Shown here piece after piece: positions 8,540-16,409 of a DNA stretch of 64,000 nt. This stretch comes from Elusimicrobiota bacterium. Lineage in GTDB: Bacteria > Elusimicrobiota > Endomicrobiia > Endomicrobiales > JBDRNC01. A model generated the notes under the pieces. That model made no database searches and was not told the origin of the DNA. It was given only the letters and a program-made list of their open reading frames with translations. The DNA lies in the NCBI GenBank assembly GCA_043811535.1, contig JBDRNC010000012.1:1-64000 (forward strand), in the 5' to 3' direction. The stretch's first letter is position 1. The number at the start of each line of letters is the position of its first letter. A program made the position numbers and the translations under genes.

Positions 8540-10939
8540 TTATGCCGCCTTGTAGAGTTGTTTTTCCAATTCCTTAATAACATCTAAATATGCATCTTTC
8601 CCACCAAAAATACTGACTATTTCGGAAGGAGTACCAATATTCTTGAAAGGGTCAATTTTTAGAACAGACAAGTCTTCAATGTTTTCTATACCCTCATCTG
8701 CATATTTATCCAAAAGTGCATCTATCACAATACGAGCTTTTTCGCTGTATTTTGTGAAGTAATTGCGCTTTTTCACATTCTCGGCCCTTTCACGCCTCGT
8801 AAGCGCGGGCATATCCCAGGCAACATGACAAACCAAGTCAAACACATCCAAATCCTTTTCTACGTCTTCTTTGAGATTTTCGAGAATAACTCCATTCGCT
8901 TCTAATTCATCGACTATGGCTTTCTTTTTAGTTGCACTGTTCCACCGCGTTAGGAATTCATCAAGAGAACGGAATTCCTTGATGATGCCGGCTTTTGTGA
9001 AATCTTTCAGACTTTCAATTATCAGTTTCCCATGAGGATCCAGGTACTGAACTCGTTCGTTAAGTACCGAAACATCGACTCCCGCTATGTACAATTTGCT
9101 GTGTATATCATCCAAAATATGGCCACCTTGGACTATTTCCGGTCGAACAGGATAGGTTACACCATCGTTGGGCCCAAATTCAATTGCTTTGCCCGTTTCA
9201 GGATCTATTTGAGATGGATTCTCGTTATCAAGAATTTCATCAGTAATAGGCTGTTCTGCAGTGATTCTCTTAATCATGACAGCATATCCGTCAAAAGAGG
9301 GATTCGCAAATTGGTCTGTTACATTGCGAAAGTCCATAATAGTAAAGAATGTTTTATTGAAATCTTCTCTTATCCGCGTACCGCGGCCAATAATCTGCTT
9401 AAATTCAGTCATTGAGTTTATGTTGGAATCGAGTACAATAAGCTTACACGTTTGGGCATCAACGCCGGTGGACATTAACTTGGACGTGGTGGCAATGACC
9501 GGGTATTTCTCCTCAGGATTAATAAAGTTATCTAGCTCCCTTTTGCCTTCAATGTCGTCACCGGTTATGCGCATGACGTATTTGTTGTTTTCCTTTACTA
9601 AGTCAGGATTTTCATTTATGACTGCTTGCCGCATCCGGCTTGCATGTTCCACATCGATACAGAATATTATGGTTTTATCGAATCGGTCTGTTTTCTTTAA
9701 ATATTCGGTAACTTTTTTGGCAACCATTTTTGTACGTTCATCTATGACAAGATTTTTGTCAAAATCTTTAGTATTATAAATTCTATCAGGAACCTCATTG
9801 CCTTCTTGATCTCTTTTACCTGCCTCTGGCCTATAGCCTTCCAAATCTACATTGAATCCTACACGAATTACCTTGTAGGGAGCTAGGAACCCGTCTTCTA
9901 TGCCTTGTTTAAGAGTATAGGTATAAATTGGCTCCTTGAAATATTCGATATTCGAGATTTCCTTTGTTTCGCGTGGCGTTGCTGTAAGGCCGATCTGGGT
10001 TGCAGAACTGAAATACTGAAGGATTTCGCGCCAAGCGCTATCAGCAGCAGCGCTTCCGCGATGACACTCATCTACTATGACTAAATCAAAAAAGTCAGGG
10101 CTGAACTGTCTATATGCATCTTTATCTTCATCATAATTGGTTAAACCTTGATATAGCGCTAGATAGATTTCAAAGGCTTTGTCTATCTTTTTCTTCCTGA
10201 TGATTGTCATCTTGTCTTTAAAATGTTTGAAATCGCCCCGCTTGGTTTGATCAATAAGGACATTTCTGTCGGCTAAAAACAGTATTCTTTTCTTTGTTCC
10301 GCTTTTCCATAGACGGTATATAATCTGAAATGCGGTATAAGTTTTACCTGTACCTGTTGCCATAACAAGAAGGATTCTATTTATACCTTTAGCTATGGCT
10401 TCTACAGTACGATTTATTGCAATTTGCTGATAGTATCTTGGTTTTCTTCCAGAGCCGTCAAAATGGTAATCGTATGAAGCAATAGTTTCCTGTTTTGAAG
10501 TATCTATACCCTTGTACTTTTTATAAACTTTCCAAAGTTCATCAGGAGAAGGGAATTCATTAAGGGATAGCAGCTTTTCCGGCACAGGAAAAAAGCCGGA
10601 ACTGTCGTGCTGGACAAAACCATCGCCATTTGAGCTGAATGCTATTGGAATATCCAAAATCTTTGCGTAATTTAGCGCTTGCTGTAATCCCGCGCCAACT
10701 GGATGATTGTTATCTTTTGCTTCAATTATTGCAATTGGAATATTGGGTTTTAGATAAAGGATGAAATCAGCACGTTTGCGTTCTCCCCTTACTGTTTTGT
10801 TGCCTTTAACAAATATTCGGCCGTCAGTGAAGAACACTTCTTCCCTGATTTGTTTTTCAACATCCCATCCGGCTTTAACAAGAGAAGGAAGAATAAACTT
10901 TGTACAAATGTCTCTTTCCGATAATTCTTTTTTATTCAC
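8540..10939 (-). CDS. hsdR: Type I R-M restriction subunit (EcoAI/EcoEI-like)
   Basis: ADFIL..IEAK nuclease motif, MATGTGKT, DECHR, QIIGRGTR, EcoEI-type C-terminus. Confidence 0.96.
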   Translation of the reverse strand: MNKKELSERDICTKFILPSLVKAGWDVEKQIREEVFFTDGRIFVKGNKTVRGERKRADFILYLKPNIPIAIIEAKDNNHPVGAGLQQALNYAKILDIPIAFSSNGDGFVQHDSSGFFPVPEKLLSLNEFPSPDELWKVYKKYKGIDTSKQETIASYDYHFDGSGRKPRYYQQIAINRTVEAIAKGINRILLVMATGTGKTYTAFQIIYRLWKSGTKKRILFLADRNVLIDQTKRGDFKHFKDKMTIIRKKKIDKAFEIYLALYQGLTNYDEDKDAYRQFSPDFFDLVIVDECHRGSAAADSAWREILQYFSSATQIGLTATPRETKEISNIEYFKEPIYTYTLKQGIEDGFLAPYKVIRVGFNVDLEGYRPEAGKRDQEGNEVPDRIYNTKDFDKNLVIDERTKMVAKKVTEYLKKTDRFDKTIIFCIDVEHASRMRQAVINENPDLVKENNKYVMRITGDDIEGKRELDNFINPEEKYPVIATTSKLMSTGVDAQTCKLIVLDSNINSMTEFKQIIGRGTRIREDFNKTFFTIMDFRNVTDQFANPSFDGYAVMIKRITAEQPITDEILDNENPSQIDPETGKAIEFGPNDGVTYPVRPEIVQGGHILDDIHSKLYIAGVDVSVLNERVQYLDPHGKLIIESLKDFTKAGIIKEFRSLDEFLTRWNSATKKKAIVDELEANGVILENLKEDVEKDLDVFDLVCHVAWDMPALTRRERAENVKKRNYFTKYSEKARIVIDALLDKYADEGIENIEDLSVLKIDPFKNIGTPSEIVSIFGGKDAYLDVIKELEKQLYKAA

Positions 10940-11089
10940 TTTAATGTTCCTAAGGTTTTAATAATAAAACAAAAACCACACCCCATTTGCGCACAGTGTG
11001 ATTTTATTCTAGACAGAATTTCCCCTTGATAGTTATTTCTGACCCCATAAATTGATTTTACCTCTTTCCATTGGATATATCAAGCATTT

Positions 11090-11133
11090 CAGCAGGCTGG
11101 CGTGGCAGCCATTTAAGCCGTTATGGCACCTGC
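11090..11133 (-). repeat. Structured direct repeat, copy 1 (three-way-junction-like)
   Basis: Near-identical to 12801-12845; differs in a hairpin loop and one stem position. Confidence 0.85.
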
Positions 11134-11157
11134 CTTTCGTCCACGGTACATTATTCC

Positions 11158-11880
11158 CTACTTGTTATTCCCCACCCACTCAATCCTGTAGGTATAATCC
11201 TCCTGCGGATAGTTGATATCTGCAATATAATACTTGCAGACAATGTCATCTACAGTGTATCCATAACCGCAGAATTCCGAGGCTTCGGGCCTTTGTTGCA
11301 TCCTTTTTGCTGCCTCCTTTTCTCCCTTGGGATTGAGAACCACTATCCGGGGTACTTTTTTGAACTTATACTCCATTCCGAACCCCAATTGCATTATGAA
11401 CTCTTCCATCGGATAGTATGACCTATACGATGTGAATAGACCTTTCGGCGTTTTCCTGTCGAACATCCTCTCGAATGACCATGCCCAGGAATAACTGAAC
11501 TCATCCGCGTAGCCGAAGGTTCTCACGGTGTCCAAGAGAAATGCTTGAGAGTTGCCATCCTTATCCGCCAACTGCCAGTGAGCCTTAATAACTGGGATAG
11601 CTATACCCTTTATCATGAACGTGTTGCCGTTAACCACTTCCCCGAACTTGTGCTTGTGGTAGTTTTGGCTCATGGCCTTAATGTCCGGAATGCATACTTT
11701 CGGCGGCACACCTTCTTCGGGCCCGAACCGGTGCATAATATACCTCGCGCCGGGACTCGTCCGAACCGCCGAAATCCTATATACCACTACCCCGTGCCCG
11801 GACTTTGACACGCTTACCTCTTTTGTTACCCTTCGCAAGCAGAAATCGGTTGCTTTGAGTTTAAACCTGTCTATTACCAT
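11158..11880 (-). CDS. Hypothetical beta-rich protein, paralog of 12036..12755
   Basis: ORF with AAGGAGG RBS before ATG 11880; shares KxVxVSxxGHG, YxWxWS..MF and YP..xYTYRIEW blocks with its neighbour. Confidence 0.75.
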   Translation of the reverse strand: MVIDRFKLKATDFCLRRVTKEVSVSKSGHGVVVYRISAVRTSPGARYIMHRFGPEEGVPPKVCIPDIKAMSQNYHKHKFGEVVNGNTFMIKGIAIPVIKAHWQLADKDGNSQAFLLDTVRTFGYADEFSYSWAWSFERMFDRKTPKGLFTSYRSYYPMEEFIMQLGFGMEYKFKKVPRIVVLNPKGEKEAAKRMQQRPEASEFCGYGYTVDDIVCKYYIADINYPQEDYTYRIEWVGNNK

Positions 11881-12035
11881 ACGGCCTCCTTGTGATGTTT
11901 GCGGCGCCATTTTGGCGCCGCAAGGTTTTCCCACTTGTTTTACTTCTTTTTGACATCCTCCTTAGCACTGACTGAACTGTCCCGCCTGCACAGTAATTCC
12001 ACGAAAGGAATTCTACGCAGGCGGTTATGCATTCT

Positions 12036-12755
12036 TTACCGCAGCTTCCAGACTGTTTTGAAAGTAAACCCGAGACGGGGGTTATAGATTCTGACCTGGT
12101 AATACTTTCCAAAACACTGTATGAGCCGCAGATCATTAATGCTGTCACAAGGCATTTCGTACTTACTCTTGCCTTGCGAAGAACATTCATTCCCATTAAT
12201 GTCATACATCAGGATCTTAGGCCCCATTTTCAAATGGTATCCCTTGGGGAAGCTAATCCTGAGCGTAAGCACCTCTACGGGATGCCTGATAAACATCCAA
12301 CTGGAGAACTCGCCTTTAGAAGTCGGTTTCCCGAACATCTTTGGAGCGCTCCATCCATACCCATAGTTGAGCTCTTTGGCCCCGCCACAGGTTCTCTGGA
12401 TATCGATCTCGAACCGGCGTATCCCTTTCTGGGGTGGCAGTTCACACCAGATCAGCTTCTTCCTATTGGGCGGGAATGACTCCAAGGTAAAGCTGTAGCC
12501 GTGAAAGAGCTGATGGATACCTCCCTTATCCAATACCTCTTTCGCTGTCTTGAGGCTGCCTAATCGGACATCAGCCGGAAGACTTTCATCGCCTCCGATT
12601 ACATGCTCAATGGAGCTTACCCTCATGTTCTTCCGTACGAGGCTTACCTCGTAATTGACCATGCCGTGTCCATCTTCCGAGACATCGACATCTTTTGTAA
12701 GTCCCTTCATCAGAAACCCACTTTTCATAAACGGGAACCCATCTGTAATTACCAT
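12036..12755 (-). CDS. Hypothetical beta-rich protein, paralog of 11158..11880
   Basis: 239-aa ORF with GGAGG RBS; motif blocks shared with its neighbour. Confidence 0.75.
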   Translation of the reverse strand: MVITDGFPFMKSGFLMKGLTKDVDVSEDGHGMVNYEVSLVRKNMRVSSIEHVIGGDESLPADVRLGSLKTAKEVLDKGGIHQLFHGYSFTLESFPPNRKKLIWCELPPQKGIRRFEIDIQRTCGGAKELNYGYGWSAPKMFGKPTSKGEFSSWMFIRHPVEVLTLRISFPKGYHLKMGPKILMYDINGNECSSQGKSKYEMPCDSINDLRLIQCFGKYYQVRIYNPRLGFTFKTVWKLR

Positions 12756-12800
12756 AATCCCTCCATTTCATTTATTGTGCTGCGGTCTTACTACTTTTGC

Positions 12801-12845
12801 CAGCAGGCTGGCGTGGCAACCATTTAAGCCTTAAAAGGCACCTGC
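12801..12845 (-). repeat. Structured direct repeat, copy 2, overlapping a tRNA-Lys-like D-arm/anticodon half
   Basis: cagcaggctggcgtggcaaccatttaagcc-ttaaaa-ggcacctgc. Confidence 0.85.
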
Positions 12846-12866
12846 TCTACCAACTGAGCGCTGGGA

Positions 12867-13235
12867 TTAGTTCTCTTCGAGCTCACTGATCAGCTTTTCA
12901 ACCTCCTCGGCGCTGACCATGTCGATATCTTCGGTCCCGAGTTTGCCCGTCACATATTCGAACACATCGGAATCGCTGTCTATGTGCTTCTTCTTGACCA
13001 GGAGCTGTCTTAACCTGTACCACTGGTCTTTTGACGGCCTCCGCGGCGTTGCGCTATCTTCGACCTGATAGACTATGGGGGCTGGTGCGGTTTTGGCCTC
13101 AAGCATCTGCCTGAGGATAACCCAGCACCTGCCGATGTCATCGCAGTCGTGCATCTGCGCGGTTATCCCAACGCTTATAGGAAGTCCTCTTCTGTCCAAG
13201 AACGTCCTCGTCACCGACATTTGAACTATTTTCAT
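12867..13235 (-). CDS. Hypothetical phage/ICE-type protein
   Basis: 122-aa ORF with a strong AAGGAGGTG RBS. Confidence 0.65.
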   Translation of the reverse strand: MKIVQMSVTRTFLDRRGLPISVGITAQMHDCDDIGRCWVILRQMLEAKTAPAPIVYQVEDSATPRRPSKDQWYRLRQLLVKKKHIDSDSDVFEYVTGKLGTEDIDMVSAEEVEKLISELEEN

Positions 13236-13283
13236 ATGCGTTCACCTCCTTTTGACCATCCGTCTACTTTCGAAATCCGGGCA

Positions 13284-13330
13284 TAAAAAAAGCCTCATAG
13301 TTTGAATGCGCATTTTCAAACTATAAAGGC
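13284..13330 (-). terminator. Rho-independent terminator-like hairpin after the excisionase
   Basis: GCCTTTATAGTTTGAA...TTCAAACTATGAGGC followed by a T run on the minus strand. Confidence 0.6.
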
Positions 13331-13355
13331 ATTGTTCTGGTGTTATACAGCGTTA

Positions 13356-13577
13356 TTAATACAGCTTTCTGGATTCAATGAGTTCTTGAATCCTCTTTAC
13401 TTCATACCGTACTGTCCTTTGGCCGATTTGAACTCTGGCTTTTGCGAGATTCCCATTATGTTCCAGTCTGATGATATGGGAAATGCTTACCCCGCCTAAA
13501 AGTTTGCAGAGTTCTTTGCGACCAATTAAGATTTGTTCTATCACTCTCATAGAAATCACCTCCCTTTTTTTCGCCAT
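13356..13577 (-). CDS. AlpA-family excisionase / recombination directionality factor
   Basis: LIGRKELCKLLGGVSISHIIRLEHNG..ARVQIGQRTVRY wHTH pattern; directly downstream of the integrase. Confidence 0.8.
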   Translation of the reverse strand: MAKKREVISMRVIEQILIGRKELCKLLGGVSISHIIRLEHNGNLAKARVQIGQRTVRYEVKRIQELIESRKLY

Positions 13578-13594
13578 CTCCGTAAGCTTTTCGC

Positions 13595-14713
13595 TTACGT
13601 TTTGTTTTTGCCGTTTAGCTTTATGTCTGCCGTATTGATCCGGGCAAGGGACACATATTTCATGGACGTAGTAATATCCCTATGACCTAATCGCGCGGCA
13701 ATTGTATGCGCTTCATGGCCTTGAAGAGCAAGATTGGTCGCATAAGTATCCCGGCAGCAGTATACCGTTATCCTTCTGTCCGTTAACCCGGCTCTTTTCA
13801 CGGCTCTTTTGAAGCTCCTTCTAAGCCAGTTGGCATTAACAGAGAACCCGACTTCATTCCTACCGGCGACCAGGTCACTCGGGTTACCCGGCTTACCCAT
13901 GGCCTCCATAAGTTCCCCCGTGATGGGTATCATCCTCTGGGTATATGCCTTTGGATGCCAATCCCCATCAACGGTTATATGGATATACGGATTTTTGCCC
14001 AGTACTACTCTTCGCCACGGCAAGTTGTGGAACTCGTCAGGGCGCATACCGCTGCGAACAAGTATCTTTATAGCCCTTTTCAGCGGTTTATTGCTTGCCC
14101 TGAGGATCTTATCCAGCTCCTCAGGGGTTAACGGACGCGGTATGGATGTTTCAACCTTCGGCATTTCACATTTAGTGAACGGGTTTTTCTCGACATACTG
14201 CCAGCGAGAAAACTTCTGAAATGCCGCTTTTGCAGTGCGAACCAGAACACTAGCCCCTGCCGCATTAAGTGTTCGTTTTTGGGCCGATTTAGGCTGTTTG
14301 CTGCTGCTTAGAAGCGTTTCTATCCAGGAGTCGGCTTTCTCAATGGTTACATCTGAAGGTTTCTCAATTTTTAGGATAGATTCCAGACTTCTAAACGCCA
14401 GATTGTAGCTGTAGAGCGTCCTTTTTGCTCTACCCATTTTCTCAAGATGATCAAGCAGCTTCTGCTTCGCATACACCCAGGTTATGCATTTCTCATCCGT
14501 AGCCGCTGCTTTGAGGTCTTTGTCCAAAAATCCTAATTCTATTAGGGTCTGGACCAGATTCTGCTTAAACCTCTCATCCTGCGCCACTTGTTCGATGGAC
14601 GCTTTGATGATCTTTGCCTTGTTCAGATTCCGACCAAGGCTGATGTCTTTCCTTGCGCCATTCCTGCACACCATGAGCCGCCAGCTTTCACCCCGCTTGT
14701 ACATATATCCCAT
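13595..14713 (-). CDS. Tyrosine recombinase / phage-type integrase
   Basis: SGMRPDE (R), YCCRDTYAT (H replaced by Y, R kept), RLGHRDITTSMKY; N-terminal arm-binding-like beta domain. Confidence 0.92.
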   Translation of the reverse strand: MGYMYKRGESWRLMVCRNGARKDISLGRNLNKAKIIKASIEQVAQDERFKQNLVQTLIELGFLDKDLKAAATDEKCITWVYAKQKLLDHLEKMGRAKRTLYSYNLAFRSLESILKIEKPSDVTIEKADSWIETLLSSSKQPKSAQKRTLNAAGASVLVRTAKAAFQKFSRWQYVEKNPFTKCEMPKVETSIPRPLTPEELDKILRASNKPLKRAIKILVRSGMRPDEFHNLPWRRVVLGKNPYIHITVDGDWHPKAYTQRMIPITGELMEAMGKPGNPSDLVAGRNEVGFSVNANWLRRSFKRAVKRAGLTDRRITVYCCRDTYATNLALQGHEAHTIAARLGHRDITTSMKYVSLARINTADIKLNGKNKT

Positions 14714-14734
14714 ACGTTCCTCCTTTTTAGAAAT

Positions 14735-14776
14735 AAAAAAAGCCCTGCCCCCGCTTTTCGCGAGAACAGGGCTTTA
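14735..14776 (-). terminator. Rho-independent terminator just upstream of the integrase RBS
   Basis: AAAGCCCTG...CAGGGCTTTTTTT on the minus strand. Confidence 0.65.
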
Positions 14777-14893
14777 AAACGCGTTACCACGGAATTACCC
14801 GGTCGGCCTTTCCCGGGCAATTATTTTACTATCCCATTTACACCCTCTCTTTTTCAAATTATGAAGAATAATACAACGTATCGGGCATTAATA

Positions 14894-15529
14894 CTATAAT
14901 TTATTTGACAATACCGCTAGTTTAATTTCAGCAACTATCTCCGCCGCCCTGCCTTTCCAAAATATATTTTCTTTAATATATTTCGACAAATCTTGTTTTT
15001 TAACCCCATCTGCTTTTGCAGCCCTTTCTGTGTATTGTACTATTAGGGCCTGTTGGATAAAATCATGCACTTTCTCCATAACTTTGCTTCTTGTTTCGTT
15101 GTATTCATATTTTTTAACGAAATCCATAAAAATATTACTGGTTCGCAATCCTAAATCATTTATGAATTCATCGATCTTTCTCTTTATTTCATCCTGGCTG
15201 TTCTTTCCGAGCTTAGATTCAGCCCGAATCCATAGAGGTGGAAGACTTTCTTTCGGATCATATCCTATTGGCATCTTAGTCACATACTCATTAATAATGA
15301 ATTCAGTAACGCCAATCAGGAATTTATCATCCCTGTTTTGCTTGTACATTGTGGCGACCGGAACGTAAAACCCTATCTTCATAGCCAAATCAACTATTTT
15401 ATTAAGAAATAATAAACCAGTTTCGCGGCTTAATGGCTTTATTCTTTCCTCGAAAGAGCACAGTTCCTCCATCATGTAATAATACATCCGTTCTTCATAC
15501 TTCTTGGCCGCCGCTTTGAATTCCTTCAT
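14894..15529 (-). CDS. Hypothetical protein downstream of the recombinase trio
   Basis: 211-aa helical ORF with an AAGGAGG RBS. Confidence 0.7.
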   Translation of the reverse strand: MKEFKAAAKKYEERMYYYMMEELCSFEERIKPLSRETGLLFLNKIVDLAMKIGFYVPVATMYKQNRDDKFLIGVTEFIINEYVTKMPIGYDPKESLPPLWIRAESKLGKNSQDEIKRKIDEFINDLGLRTSNIFMDFVKKYEYNETRSKVMEKVHDFIQQALIVQYTERAAKADGVKKQDLSKYIKENIFWKGRAAEIVAEIKLAVLSNKL

Positions 15530-15569
15530 CTTTTGCCTCCTTTTTATTGTGATAACAAAAACGCCTTAA

Positions 15570-16409
15570 TCAAAACAACTCTATTTGCACCGGCTTCCAG
15601 ATAGCCGGTTTTCCTTCTTTTTTGCCAAGAACCGATTTCTGCTTCGCAGTAATAGCGTTGGAAGCAATTGTCTGCAATTTAATTTTTCCTTTGAACTCCG
15701 AACTTAACGATTTATTGAACCGCCTTGTCAGGGTTTTAGCCGATATCTTCTTGCCGTCAAGAGATAACAGGTATTTGTCTCTACGAAGTAAATCGGGGTA
15801 CTTTTCAATAAAAGCGCAGATGCTTTTCGGTAAAACGTATTCTTCACCCTTCCCATCTATCAGCCTTTTTTGTTTTAAATCAAAACCAGTTGTCTTTAAA
15901 TCAACCAGCTGGGTAGTTCTTAGTTTCAGTTCACCAGCAAGGAGACAAATGAATTGCATTATCTTTGTCTTGACATGCTCATTCGGATCAAATTTCTTGG
16001 CGTAGTCAATCTCAAAAGCGGCATTACCTTTGCGGTAATCTATTTTAGGTAATTCGTACTCGTCACCTAATACCTTCTCGTTTTTAAGATATTTTACGAG
16101 TTTTCTTAAGATTTTCATGCACGACATGGCGGTATTAGCCTTTCTGATAGTTCCAAAAGCTGAACGAATGTGTTCTTCTTTTAAGAATTCCTTTATACCA
16201 CAGGACCCGGAGATATCCGCCCTGCCATAAGCCCTGCCTAACATGACTAGCTCGTGTTTTGCCCGTGTTCTGGTTTTAATAGTCCAGATGGGTTTACCTT
16301 TATGATCCGTAGCCCAAGATTCTATGAATCTTTTGACTTCAGGGATTTCCATAAAAGCTTTTTCTGTTCTGCCGATATTTTCCTTGGTTTCCGGGAACAA
16401 TTCTTCCAT
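15570..16409 (-). CDS. Degenerate tyrosine-recombinase-like protein
   Basis: Core-binding-like helices, then ELKLRTTQLVDLK (R-I box); no HxxR, LGH or Tyr motifs visible. Confidence 0.55.
   Translation of the reverse strand: MEELFPETKENIGRTEKAFMEIPEVKRFIESWATDHKGKPIWTIKTRTRAKHELVMLGRAYGRADISGSCGIKEFLKEEHIRSAFGTIRKANTAMSCMKILRKLVKYLKNEKVLGDEYELPKIDYRKGNAAFEIDYAKKFDPNEHVKTKIMQFICLLAGELKLRTTQLVDLKTTGFDLKQKRLIDGKGEEYVLPKSICAFIEKYPDLLRRDKYLLSLDGKKISAKTLTRRFNKSLSSEFKGKIKLQTIASNAITAKQKSVLGKKEGKPAIWKPVQIELF

Noticed and set aside
11090..12845. HDV-like/theta ribozyme or CRISPR repeat reading of the structured motif
   Set aside because: P1 and P3-like stems fit, but there is no conserved downstream P2 partner or catalytic J4/2. 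There are only two copies 1.7 kb apart and no cas genes.
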